From contig JAAKFC010000001.1 of the NCBI GenBank assembly GCA_011065225.1, positions 1-29,378 on the forward strand: a stretch of 29,378 bases of DNA, read 5' to 3'. Of this stretch, positions 1 to 10,500 are shown one piece after another (position 1 is the first letter of the stretch; each line of letters begins with the position of its first letter). The notes under the pieces were generated by a model that searched no databases, was not told the origin of the DNA, and worked only from the letters and a program-made list of their open reading frames with translations. A program made the translations under genes and the position numbers. The DNA is from Chlamydiota bacterium (GTDB lineage: Bacteria > Chlamydiota > Chlamydiia > Chlamydiales > Rhabdochlamydiaceae).

Positions 1-684
1 AGCTATAGCTGCTCTTGCAATAACTGTAAGATTCGCGAGAATTCCCTTGCTACACAGAATAAGTAGCATTTGTACAGATGGCTTAAAGCTGGATAATCCT
101 ATCAAGCTACTGATAGAGTAAATTGATGTTTCTTGGACACTTCCATCCAATAATATTTCTTTAGCGAGAAAGACAGCAAATATTCCCATGAAAGAAGCAA
201 ATAGCAAGGATTTTCTTCTACTGAAGCAATCAGACAAAAATCCTTGAATTGGTGAAAATAGTGCCTGACACACCAGGAATCCAAGAAAAATCCAGATAGG
301 GGAAATGGAAGTTTGTAATGCTATATGTATCAAAATTACATCAACGACTATATCAGTGCAAAACATGAGCAATGAAATCAGTACATTGGGATGAGAAAGC
401 AAAGATCGATCGATTACTGATCGCCAACTAGTGAGCTCTTCTTTTAAATTTATTCTTTTTTTGAAGTAATTCCAAAATAACCATTCGCCTAGTAGTTTTG
501 CGCCAATAGTAAATATAACTAAAAAGGATATATAATTCGGAGGGAGTCCAATAGTTAAGAAAAAAACCATCGTAAAAATATGGGGAAGTAAGCCGATTCC
601 TGTAAAAATTCCGCTTATATATCCAAATGGAGGGCTTGAAATTTTCATAAGACACCAGCTTTTTCTACATATGTGGCTAAACAT
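1..684 (-). CDS. MFS transporter, 5' part (runs off the left edge; not in the ORF track)
   Basis: Manual translation from ATG at 684 is open to position 1 (228 codons). It has several hydrophobic helices, the MFS motif A variant PIQGFLSDCFSRRKSLL, and a TM4/5-like KGILANLTVIARAAIA. Confidence 0.8.
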   Translation of the reverse strand, partial: MFSHICRKSWCLMKISSPPFGYISGIFTGIGLLPHIFTMVFFLTIGLPPNYISFLVIFTIGAKLLGEWLFWNYFKKRINLKEELTSWRSVIDRSLLSHPNVLISLLMFCTDIVVDVILIHIALQTSISPIWIFLGFLVCQALFSPIQGFLSDCFSRRKSLLFASFMGIFAVFLAKEILLDGSVQETSIYSISSLIGLSSFKPSVQMLLILCSKGILANLTVIARAAIA

Positions 685-914
685 TTATCCACTAATGGAT
701 GTAAAAATCTATTTTAAGCAGGGGGCTCTTTAGGAGTCAAATACCTTGAGGTTTTTCCTGGACTTGCTCAAAGGGTACAAGTAGTTTCATGATGTGAAAG
801 AACATCTCATATGTAGACATAATTCTCAGTTCTAATTTTTGGGACAATTTTCTCTTCACTTACAAAATATCTTGAACTATCATCGGCTCTTCTCATTCGA
901 CATGGAGGTGACCG

Positions 915-3900
915 ATGCGTGCTCTATCTGCTGCTTTATCTTTAATCTTTGTTGTAATTTTTGGTTTTGCAGATGAACCTCCTCCTGAAGAAGGACTTGT
1001 CCTTTCAACTCCTGAAGAGGTGGGAAGTCAAAATACTAGTTTTTTGATTAGAGGGCTTATTAGTCCCTTAAGCGGAAATCTCTCATTAAGGCAAACAGAC
1101 CTCATTGTTCGAGGTGCTCAGGAAATTCGTCTTGAACGGATTTACACACCGCCTCGTATTCCAAGTCCTTTACATGATAAAGAAAAGCATAGGAAAAGTT
1201 GGGATGAACATTATCTTTATAAGCATCTCTCAAAAAACCACAAAGGCTGGCAATTTTTTCCTCATTTGCGTCTTCAAGTTTACACTCGTGATCGAATTGT
1301 GCGTGTCTGTGACGGAAACGGGATGACTCTCGATTTTCAGATTACCAAAACAGGGACTAGACTTATTTCTGACTCTTTTGGAATGAGCAATGTTGCAGGA
1401 GATACTCCTGGAGGAAAATATGATCCCCGCAATACTAAAATCTTCATAGAGGAAGATGGTTCCAAAATAGAAGTGCGATCACCTGATGGCAGCTCGAGAA
1501 TTTACCGATATAAAGGGGAAGGGGACCAACAGGCCAATTTCTGTTATTTAGAAAAGGAAGTTCTTCCCAATGGAAAAATCCTCAAATATCATTTTCAAAA
1601 CAGTCAATTGAACTATGTTGAGAGTTTAAGCCCTAATGAGAGCGTAGTCTATGCAAGCCTTCGTCTAGAGGGATTGCCTTCGGGTGGAGAATGTAAATTC
1701 ACTTCTTCTTCCCATGATACAGCGACATACGCCTACGAAAACAGACACATTGATATCGAGGTGAGAGAAAAGTTAAAAAAAGGGCAATATAGAGAAAAAA
1801 TCAGTAATCATTTTCCTCCAATTTTAAAACACGTGGGCTCGCCTTTTTACCGAAATGAAAGTTTAAGTTATTCGGATAGATTTTTATTAGATCATTACGA
1901 AGGGAAAGAGGAATTTTTTCAGTGTCAGTATAAAGTTTTTGGTCCCCGAGGTTCTAGGCATTATAAATTAGAAAAGCTCCTTTTTCCGATTGGCTCAGAA
2001 GGCTCATTCCAAGATGTTTGCTCAGTAGATTACAGCCCAGCAGCTCCTGGAGTTAAAGAAGGGATCACAACTGTCAAAAATGCAGATGGGACCAAAACGA
2101 TTTATCGATTCACCAAGAATCTTCTAACAAAAGTTGTTGAAACCTACGATACAAATGGAAGCCTCAAGCTGCAAAAACCCTTCTCATGGACTGAGAAGGG
2201 ATGGCTCGCATCTGTAGAAATTTTAGATGGGGAAGGGAACTTATTTTCTAAAAAATCCTATGAATATGACACATTTGGCAATCCCATTTTAGAAACTATC
2301 ACCGGGGATTTAACAGGGAGTGAAAATAGCGAGAGCTACGCAATAAAAAGAGAATACTCCCAAGAGGGAAGAAATCTCCTTCTCAGAGAAGAAAATGAAG
2401 AAAGCAAGGTCACCCTTTTTGACTATTTGCCCAAAACCAATCTCCTAACAGCAAAATTCACGCAAAATCAAAATCAGATTCTCATCCGAGAATTTTACGT
2501 CTACGACAAGTGGAACAATCTGGTGCAAAAGATTGTCGATGATGGTCAAAACAACAATCTCAATGATCTCTATGGGGTCACTCAGAGAACTTGGACACAG
2601 ATCACCCTTAGGAAAGAAGCTCCGTTCATTCATATGCCAGAATGGATGGAAGAGAAATATTTGGAAAATGGCGAAGAGAAACTCGCTAAACGGACCCATA
2701 TTACCTACGACAGGTGGGGAAATATTGCCCAAGAAGATGTCTATGATAGTAAAGGAGAATTTTCCTATAGCATCTACAAAACATACAACGAAAGAGGAAA
2801 TCTTCTCTCAGAAACAAATGCACTTGGCCAGGAGAGAACTTTTGCTTATGACAGCAAAGGTCGGCCCATTCACTCGATTAATTATTCTAGTAGACTCCAC
2901 AAAGCCAAAATTTACGACCCAAAGGGGCGCCTTATTCAGGAAGATCAGCTTGGAGTGGATGGGAGTAAAAAAGAATTTTCTTATGATTATGATGCCAATG
3001 ATGATCTGGTTAAAAAAGTTGATGAATATAAAAATCCCACTCAATACATGTATGATCCCATCACTCATAAACCCATCACCTGTGATTTCCCAAAAGCCCT
3101 TTCAACTGAAAAAAAGCCCCTTTCCGTTACAACGCATTTTGCTTACGATCCCTTGGGTAGAGAAATAACCAAAATAGATCCGAATGGCAATACCACCCAT
3201 TTTAAATACAATGCTCGCGGAGATAAAACACAAATCCTTTATCCAAATGGCTCAAAAGAGACCTATCACTATTACAAGAATGGCAAATGCAAAAAACACG
3301 TGAACCAAGAAGGATTGGCCATTTTTTATGAGTATGATGTCTTAGGACGAGTCATTACCAAAAAATACTATTCTGATGAGCAAATTGCAGAGGAGGCTTT
3401 TGCCTACAATGCCCTCCATCTTCTTTCTGTAATAGACAAAGAAGGGAATCTCACAAAGTATTCTTATGATGGACTAGGGAGAAAGATAGCAAAAGATTTT
3501 TGTGGCCGTGTTGTTGCATATCGATATGATGCACTTGGCCGGCTTCAAACTACAGTTCAGAATAATGGTGGCAATACTCTTCTCACAAGCTTTAAAAGAG
3601 ATCTATTGGATCGAATCACATCTAAAAACAAAACCGATATTTTGGGCAATCTTCTCTATAAGATTTCTTACAGTTACGATGAAGATGGAAATCAAAAAAC
3701 AATCACTCGTTACATCAATAATGAGCCCAATACTGAATTTTTCACACATGACTCTTTTGGCCGCATTACAGAACAGAAGGATGCTTTAGGTTTTATAACG
3801 CGAGTGACTTATGATGACCAGTACTTAAATCCAATAAGCCAAAAGGTTCTGCAAAAAACGATAACAGATCCTAAGGGAACTCAAATTGTCAAAACCTATG

Positions 3901-6014
3901 ACTCTTTTAAGAGGGTCGTAAAGCAAGAAGTATTAAATCCAAATGGAAACACCCTCGCCAGTAAAGAATTATCCTTTGACCCCTGCGGCAATCTTCTTCT
4001 CGAGAAAGACCACATTTACAAGAATACAGAATATCAAAAGACGCAGGCCATTTGCTATCGTTACAATCCCAGCAATCTGCTTGAGAGCTTTACTAGAGGA
4101 TGTGGGACGTATAATGAAAGAACAACATTTTACACCTATACACCATCTGGGAAGATTGCCTCAAAGACTTTACCAAATGAGATTCAACTGCATTATGGAT
4201 ATCACCCCCTTGGGTTTGGAACGAGCCTTTCCTCTTCCGATGGAACCATTGACTACAGGTTTGAAAGAAATCTCCTAGGCAACCTTTTATGGGCCTCTGA
4301 TCAAGTGAGCAACATCAAAATAGAACGAGAGATTGATTCTTTTGGAAATGTTCTCAGTGAAGCATTTTCGACGGGGTTATCGATCGAAAAAAGCTACGAT
4401 GCATTCAATCGTCCTCTATCGGTTAAAATTGCAAATCAGGGACAAGTAGATTACAGCTATGATCCTCTCTATCTGAGAGGAGTAGCTCGTATTTCACCAT
4501 CTGGAACCCTTCAATATTCTCACAAGTACAAAACCTATGATCATGATGGAAATTTACACCAAGAAGAGCTAATTGGAGAATGTGGCTCTATTGTTCATCA
4601 AACAGACCCAAAAGGGCGAAAAGCTGCTCTTCTAAGTCCCTATCTAAGGCAAATCATTTCCTACGATGCATGCGATAATCTTATTTCTATAGAGGAAGAC
4701 GACCAACCCTTTGCCTTTGCATATGATGGACTGGATCAGTTAGTCGCAGAAACAAGACCCCATCACAACTCTTCATATGCATATGATTCCAATTACAACC
4801 GAGTTGAAAAAGACAAAGAACATATCGAGCTGAATGAGCTTGATGAGCTTCAATCCCTTGGATCTATCAGTTGTGATTATGATCTTAATGGAAATCTGAT
4901 TACCAAAAAAACTCCAAAGGGAACAACTCATTTTACCTATGATGCCTTGAACCAGCTGGTCGAAGCAAAAAATGAAAATAGGACGATCAAATTCACATAC
5001 GATCCTTTAAGTCGAAGGCTCTCAAAAGTTGTTCAAGAACAAACAAGTTTTGGACGAAGCGAGACTTGGAAAGAGTTCTACCTGTGGGATGGGCGAGAGG
5101 AAATTGGAGCCTTTGCTGAAAGTGGAAGCTGTAACAATCTCAAAATTTTAGGCACTGGCTATCCTGTTGTTATTGAGTTGGGTGAGAAACCATTCGCTCC
5201 CATAATTGATGTGCAAGGGAATATTCATCATTTAATTAATTTAGTTGCCAAGTCTCAAGAAATTAGTTATAATTTCACTGCATTTGGTGAAGGAAATCCA
5301 TCAGTACTGAATCCCTGGGGCTATGCGAGTAAAAGATGGGACCCAGAGTTAGGCTTAAGTTATTTTGGTAAGCGTTATTATGACCCACAGCTAGCAAAAT
5401 GGCTGACACTTGATCCTTCTGGATTTGTAGATGGTACGAATCTTTATCAGTATGCTTTGAATAATCCCTTCAGGTATCAAGATCCCGAAGGTGAAAATTT
5501 GGTTGGCTTCTGTTTAGGAATTGGACAGATATTAGCTGGTGGAGCACTAATAGCTTCAGGGACAGTTATTGAGATTGCCACATTTGGAGGATATACGATT
5601 TGTTTTGGGATTCAAGCTCAGGCTGGAGCTGCTTTAATCACTAGCGGCCTTGCAATGTCAACGTATCATGCTAAGGATATTTCTTTTGATACTCGCTCAA
5701 CAAGCTCGGTTATCTGGAAAAATACGGATGTGTATGTGCCTGATAGACCATTGCCTGCTAATGAACATGGTGAGCCTATTCCAGATACAGATAGCTCACA
5801 CACTCAGCTTGGAACGAGGAATGGATCTAAAGGGAAATATCCAAAAGCCCGCGAGTTCGATTCTCAAGGAAAACCAGTTCGCGACATAGAGTTTACAGAT
5901 CATGGAAGACCTCATGATCATCCAAACCCACACCAACATAGGCGAGAGGATAACTCAACGGGTGGAACAAAATCGAAGGAAGATGCCGAACCTCTACCAG
6001 AATGGAAGGATTAA
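915..6014 (+). CDS. Rhs/YD-repeat polymorphic toxin with N-terminal signal peptide and C-terminal toxin domain
   Basis: RBS GGAGGTG at 904-910. Signal-peptide-like MRALSAALSLIFVVIFGFA. Many YD repeats (YDxxGR/N). Rhs core end GLSYFGKRYYDPQLAKWLTLDP...NLYQYALNNPFRYQDPEG (DPEG at 5481-5492), then a Gly/Ala-rich hydrophobic segment and a His-rich C-terminal domain. Confidence 0.95.
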   Translation: MRALSAALSLIFVVIFGFADEPPPEEGLVLSTPEEVGSQNTSFLIRGLISPLSGNLSLRQTDLIVRGAQEIRLERIYTPPRIPSPLHDKEKHRKSWDEHYLYKHLSKNHKGWQFFPHLRLQVYTRDRIVRVCDGNGMTLDFQITKTGTRLISDSFGMSNVAGDTPGGKYDPRNTKIFIEEDGSKIEVRSPDGSSRIYRYKGEGDQQANFCYLEKEVLPNGKILKYHFQNSQLNYVESLSPNESVVYASLRLEGLPSGGECKFTSSSHDTATYAYENRHIDIEVREKLKKGQYREKISNHFPPILKHVGSPFYRNESLSYSDRFLLDHYEGKEEFFQCQYKVFGPRGSRHYKLEKLLFPIGSEGSFQDVCSVDYSPAAPGVKEGITTVKNADGTKTIYRFTKNLLTKVVETYDTNGSLKLQKPFSWTEKGWLASVEILDGEGNLFSKKSYEYDTFGNPILETITGDLTGSENSESYAIKREYSQEGRNLLLREENEESKVTLFDYLPKTNLLTAKFTQNQNQILIREFYVYDKWNNLVQKIVDDGQNNNLNDLYGVTQRTWTQITLRKEAPFIHMPEWMEEKYLENGEEKLAKRTHITYDRWGNIAQEDVYDSKGEFSYSIYKTYNERGNLLSETNALGQERTFAYDSKGRPIHSINYSSRLHKAKIYDPKGRLIQEDQLGVDGSKKEFSYDYDANDDLVKKVDEYKNPTQYMYDPITHKPITCDFPKALSTEKKPLSVTTHFAYDPLGREITKIDPNGNTTHFKYNARGDKTQILYPNGSKETYHYYKNGKCKKHVNQEGLAIFYEYDVLGRVITKKYYSDEQIAEEAFAYNALHLLSVIDKEGNLTKYSYDGLGRKIAKDFCGRVVAYRYDALGRLQTTVQNNGGNTLLTSFKRDLLDRITSKNKTDILGNLLYKISYSYDEDGNQKTITRYINNEPNTEFFTHDSFGRITEQKDALGFITRVTYDDQYLNPISQKVLQKTITDPKGTQIVKTYDSFKRVVKQEVLNPNGNTLASKELSFDPCGNLLLEKDHIYKNTEYQKTQAICYRYNPSNLLESFTRGCGTYNERTTFYTYTPSGKIASKTLPNEIQLHYGYHPLGFGTSLSSSDGTIDYRFERNLLGNLLWASDQVSNIKIEREIDSFGNVLSEAFSTGLSIEKSYDAFNRPLSVKIANQGQVDYSYDPLYLRGVARISPSGTLQYSHKYKTYDHDGNLHQEELIGECGSIVHQTDPKGRKAALLSPYLRQIISYDACDNLISIEEDDQPFAFAYDGLDQLVAETRPHHNSSYAYDSNYNRVEKDKEHIELNELDELQSLGSISCDYDLNGNLITKKTPKGTTHFTYDALNQLVEAKNENRTIKFTYDPLSRRLSKVVQEQTSFGRSETWKEFYLWDGREEIGAFAESGSCNNLKILGTGYPVVIELGEKPFAPIIDVQGNIHHLINLVAKSQEISYNFTAFGEGNPSVLNPWGYASKRWDPELGLSYFGKRYYDPQLAKWLTLDPSGFVDGTNLYQYALNNPFRYQDPEGENLVGFCLGIGQILAGGALIASGTVIEIATFGGYTICFGIQAQAGAALITSGLAMSTYHAKDISFDTRSTSSVIWKNTDVYVPDRPLPANEHGEPIPDTDSSHTQLGTRNGSKGKYPKAREFDSQGKPVRDIEFTDHGRPHDHPNPHQHRREDNSTGGTKSKEDAEPLPEWKD

Positions 6015-6466
6015 TGTCTAAAGGAATACGTATTTTAGATAAAAAAAACAGAATTGTATCTGTGGAACTCCAGGATATATTGAAAGAAATTAATTATGGA
6101 GGTCAGTTGGAATGGTCAATTTTATATTTACAGACAACTGGCAACCTAGGGGAAGGCCGATCTATGCCAGTTTTTGAACAGCAAATCATCGATGCTGAAA
6201 AGGGATTGTTTATTACGTGGAAAGAGTTGAACGACTTATCTCAAAAATTTTGGGATTTAATGGATATAATCATTATAGGCTGTAAGGATCGAAGTTCATT
6301 GCGTCGCTATGAGAAAGACCAGGAAATGTACGAAACTTGTGATATTACTATTGAAATGGTTGATAGCGGATATTGGGAGGTTTTTGCAGAAAACGAAGAG
6401 CTAATTAATAAATTTGCAAAAAAGTTTAAAGAAGTTGAATTTTTGGAAGCAGATTTTGAAAAATAA
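6014..6466 (+). CDS. Cognate immunity protein (putative), 150 aa
   Basis: The ATG overlaps the toxin stop (TAATG at 6012-6016), which I prefer over the track start at 6002. Small acidic protein directly after an Rhs toxin, the standard toxin-immunity layout. Confidence 0.8.
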   Translation: MSKGIRILDKKNRIVSVELQDILKEINYGGQLEWSILYLQTTGNLGEGRSMPVFEQQIIDAEKGLFITWKELNDLSQKFWDLMDIIIIGCKDRSSLRRYEKDQEMYETCDITIEMVDSGYWEVFAENEELINKFAKKFKEVEFLEADFEK

Positions 6467-6499
6467 ATTTACTTGGGGTGCAGGTCAAGGTGCTCCTTT

Positions 6500-6811
6500 T
6501 TATGTACATAATGAGCATTGCCCTTTTAACCAACAGTAAATAGCATAAGTACTAAACATGAAAAAAGTGATTATAGTAGTATTAATTGGAGGAACTGCTA
6601 AAATGATCACAATTATTGATACAGTTGTAAAGAGCCCAAAAGTTTTTGCAGAAGCACAAATAGCAAGATATGCAAAATATGGTGTTGCAAAAAATGCTAC
6701 GAAACAAGCAATAGAAAAAACCTTACGGCATATTTCTTCGATTGTTTTTTTATTAAAACAAAAATGATGTAAACATTCTTTTGTTCCGAAATTACGAGAA
6801 TTAACTTCCAT
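6500..6811 (-). CDS. Small membrane protein with long bilobed hydrophobic segment
   Basis: RBS AGGAG a few nt upstream of the ATG on the minus strand; about 60 residues of near-continuous hydrophobic sequence. Confidence 0.65.
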   Translation of the reverse strand: MEVNSRNFGTKECLHHFCFNKKTIEEICRKVFSIACFVAFFATPYFAYLAICASAKTFGLFTTVSIIVIILAVPPINTTIITFFMFSTYAIYCWLKGQCSLCT

Positions 6812-6859
6812 TTTTGCGACTCCTAGTTAATAGTTCAAGTTTAATAAAAGAAATTTTCT

Positions 6860-7309
6860 TCATCGAATTTGTTCGATAACCGCATTTGTATCCTTCAATA
6901 AAACATTGATTCTTTCAAGTTCTCCAAATCCCTGCCATTCTTCCCGGAATGGATTCCATTTCAGACCCAAATTTTTTAGTTTCGATTCTAGTTCCTTTGA
7001 AGGAGGGGAGGGGAAAGAGATAATGAGGGCTGATTGTTTTGCTGCTTTTTCTATTTGGTTTTGGCCTTTTTTTTGCCAATTCTCAAGAGCATCTTTACCA
7101 GAGGATTTTTCCTTGATTTCAGAAAGAGCTCCTTTTAGGACAACTTCATCTAAAGAACTTAAATCTGCATCATTGATAAGCTTTCCAAGATTGATGAGCT
7201 TTTGAATTTTTTTCTTTCGCTCTTCGGTCTTTAACTTTTGACCCTTTCGCAGCAACCTTGCTTTTTGCTGATCGAGCCTTTCTTTTTTTTCTTCTAATGT
7301 TAGTGGCAT
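6860..7309 (-). CDS. traD: Ti-type conjugal transfer accessory protein TraD/TraC-like
   Basis: Coiled-coil QKARLLRKGQKLKTEERKKKIQKLINLGKLI...DEVVLKGAL resembles Ti-plasmid TraD, and the gene is divergent from traA. Start ATG 7309 preferred; the track extends it to 7366. Confidence 0.7.
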   Translation of the reverse strand: MPLTLEEKKERLDQQKARLLRKGQKLKTEERKKKIQKLINLGKLINDADLSSLDEVVLKGALSEIKEKSSGKDALENWQKKGQNQIEKAAKQSALIISFPSPPSKELESKLKNLGLKWNPFREEWQGFGELERINVLLKDTNAVIEQIR

Positions 7310-7445
7310 GGCACCATCATATCTGAGAGGTAATATTTTGATCAACCTAACCTCCACGGGTTCCATTTAAGGAACCGTTAATTTTCAGAGGGCAAGCTTA
7401 CTAAACATACGTCATTAGGTAGCTGCAGAAAAATTATTAGACACA

Positions 7446-7470
7446 TACGCAATATGCAAACTACGTTTGC
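7446..7470. other. Candidate oriT/nic site (MOBQ type)
   Basis: Hairpin GCAAAC-TAC-GTTTGC (7456-7470) is followed on the minus strand by ATATTGCG, the hairpin-plus-TAAGTGCG-like layout of MOBQ nic sites. It lies between divergent traD and traA. Confidence 0.5.
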
Positions 7471-7529
7471 TTGCTTTGGATCTCATCAAGTTGTATACTT
7501 AAGACAAGTTAAAAAATGGATGAAACCTA

Positions 7530-10500
7530 ATGGCGATCGAGTTTGCAAGATTAGAATATGTGAGCCGAAGTAATGGAGGGAATAGCTGCCGTAAAGGAGC
7601 CTATAACGGCAGGCAAAGGATATATTGTGAAAAGGAAGGAATTACATTTGATTTTTCTCATGAAGCAGATAGTGGACATCATGAGATCCTGTTACCTGAA
7701 GGAGCCTCGAACAAATTTGCCAAGTCATCAGTTTTGTGGAATGCTGTTGAGTTCCGAGAAACACGGAAAAACTCTCAGCTGGCAAAAGAACTAGTACTAG
7801 CTTTACCGGATGATCCCCAAATCGCTCTGGAGGATAAAGTACATTTAGCCAAAAGCTTTATCCAAAAGCATTTCGTTGGTAAGGGACTTGCAGCTCAAAT
7901 TGATATCCATGAGCCACATAATAAAAAAGATCACAACTGGCATGCGCATGTCCTTATCACAACGCGAAGATTTACTCACAACGGGCTTTCTTTTGGGGAG
8001 AAAGCACGAGATTTAGACGCTTCTGTCCGCAAAGGCAAGGTAATAGAAGCAGAAAGATGGGGAAAGCTATGGAGGACCCATCAAAACGAATATTTTGAAG
8101 ATAAAGGCCTAGATCTTCGTGTAGATCCAACAGGGGTTGTTCCTCAGGAGCATCTTGGTCCAGTTCGGATGAGGGCGCGTGCGTTTGCTTTGTTGAACGA
8201 GCATGTGCAGAGAATAGAAGAGAATGCCTCTCTTTCAGTGCAGCCTGATCAAATCTTGGCAAAATTAACGGAGAAGCAAAGTCTTTTTACAAAATCCGAT
8301 CTGGAAAGCTTTTTGCAAAAGCACGTTGCTACTGAAGATATAGCCGCAACCCGCACTGCTTTTTGGAGCCAAGGGGGTTTACTACAGCTTATTGATCAAA
8401 ATTCTGGTGAACAGCTAGAAAAGTTTACTTCTACTGCTGTTCGGGATGAAGAAAACCGCATTATCAGACTAGCGGACCGAATTCATTATAAGAGGGCGAT
8501 TTCTGTTAGGCAGAAAATACAGGGAAAAGTTCTCGCGTCTTCACAATTAAATGATGAACAATCTGTGGCTTATCGATCGATATTTTCGGGGAAGCGCCTA
8601 AATTGTATAGAAGGTCGAGCTGGAACCGGGAAGAGCCATCTTCTTGGCGCAATTCGTGAAGCATATGAATCAGCAGGTTATCGAGTAAGAGGTTTTGCTC
8701 CTACAAGTGAAGTAGCAAAAGACCTTGAAAAACGAGGATTCTCCAATTCAGAAAATCTCCATCGCTTTCTTTTTGCGCATAAGCATGGATCTCGAAAAAT
8801 GCAAGGAAGAGAAGTATGGATCCTAGACGAGGCGGCAATGGTGGGGAATCGAGCAGTGCAGGAGTTTCTAAGAGAGGGGTGGAAAAATGGCTGCCAGGTG
8901 ATCTTAGTCGGAGATTCTCGGCAACTGCCTTCCATCGAACGTGGGGGAATGTTTGAGGTTTTCTGCCAAAAATATGGAGCAGCGCAATTAGAGCGGATTC
9001 AGCGTCAACAAAAAGAGCCTCAAAGAGAGATGGCATCATTGGCCTCGAAGGGGAGAATGGCTGAAGCTGTCAATCAACTTGAAAAGAATGGGGGATTACA
9101 TTGGAGCCCAACAAAGCAAGAAGCGATGGAAAATCTAGTAAAGAAATGGGACGCAGATCAGCGGGCATTCCCTGGCCATACATCTCTTATCATGGAGCAT
9201 CGCAATCGTTATGCCAAAGTTCTCAATGAGATTATCCATGAGTTGCGATTTTCAAGAGGGGAGTTGGGAAAAGAGGAATTCAAATGCGAAACTTTTTTGG
9301 GGACAGTCTTTGTGAGTGAGGGAGATCGTTTGCAATTTCGGGCGAATGATCGAGAAAGAGGGATTACAAATGGTCAGTTAGGATCACTTGTCAAAGCTTC
9401 CTCAGATGAATTTATCGTTCGGCTTGATCAAGGGAAAGAAATTCACTTTAACCCCCAAGAATTCCATCGATATCAGCTGGGATACGCCGGAACGGTTCAT
9501 CGATCTCAGGGAAAGACGGTTGATCGTGCTTATGCCTTGCATAGCCCTTGGATGAACCAAAATCTATTTTACGTTGCTCTTACAAGGCATCGGAAGCAAT
9601 TTGATTACTTTGTTTCAAAGGAAGAAGCAGCCAATCTTTCAGAGCTAAAATTCCAGGCTTCTCGTGATGGTGGCAAGGAAACAACCCTTTCCTATCAAAC
9701 AGATGTCGATAAAAAAGAGAAAAATGGTCGTTTTTCTGTTGATCAGATGTGGCAGAGAGCCAGAGAAAATTTGGGGGATTTTTTTCATAGGAATCCAGAT
9801 TTTTATAAGGTTAAGGATTCCGAAGAGACATTTCGGGATTCTTTCCAAGTTCTGAAAGTCGACCCTAAGATTACTCAAGAGGAACCGAAGAAGAGCAGTC
9901 CCGCTCCTTATAAGCATCAGAGCCAAAACGATTCTTCACAGACTATGGTCCAAAGATATCTATCACTTGAAGATGAAGTGTGCTTACGTAAGGAGGTCTT
10001 CGATAAAGAGGTTGAAGAGACGGGTAAAGAACTTCGTTCAGGAAAAAGATTTCAAGCGTGGCAAGAGGTTATTCAAGGGAGAAATCAGCTTGCAAAAGAG
10101 ATCAATAAATGCCTTTCTCCTCAGGAGAAAAAGCAACTTTTGACCTCTAAGATGATAGTGAATATCGAGTCGCAAGCAGAGAAATTCTCTCAGAATCAGA
10201 AACGATTAGAAAAGCATCTGAAAACAAGCTCAGATCGAGAGTTGTATGGAAATCTCAATGACAGAGTCGAGGAACTATGTTTACGGCTTTTTCCTGAGGG
10301 GCCTTCTCATCGATCACATAAGGAATGGAGATTTCGATCGAACCGCTCGCTTGCTGTTGTTGTGAGAGGGGAGAGCTCAGGGTCTTATTATGATTTTGCT
10401 GAAGGGGAAGGAGGGGGCCTTCTTCAGCTTATTCAGAAAGAAATGCAGTTAGAAACTAAAGAGGCAATTGCATGGGCAAATGGATTTCTAGAGCAGGCGC

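Noticed and set aside
102-655. Track ORFs 102-284 and 428-655
   Set aside because: They overlap, in other frames, the continuous MFS reading frame 684->1, which carries a recognisable motif.
1105-5889. Short ORFs inside the Rhs gene, and YD repeats as a possible repeat array
   Set aside because: These are shadow ORFs. The repeats are protein-level only, with no nucleotide repeat-spacer structure.
6467-6860. Orphan Rhs-CT/immunity modules or a strong terminator after the immunity gene
   Set aside because: No second DPxG-tipped fragment. The hairpin near 6478-6500 relies on several G-U pairs and is too weak to call.
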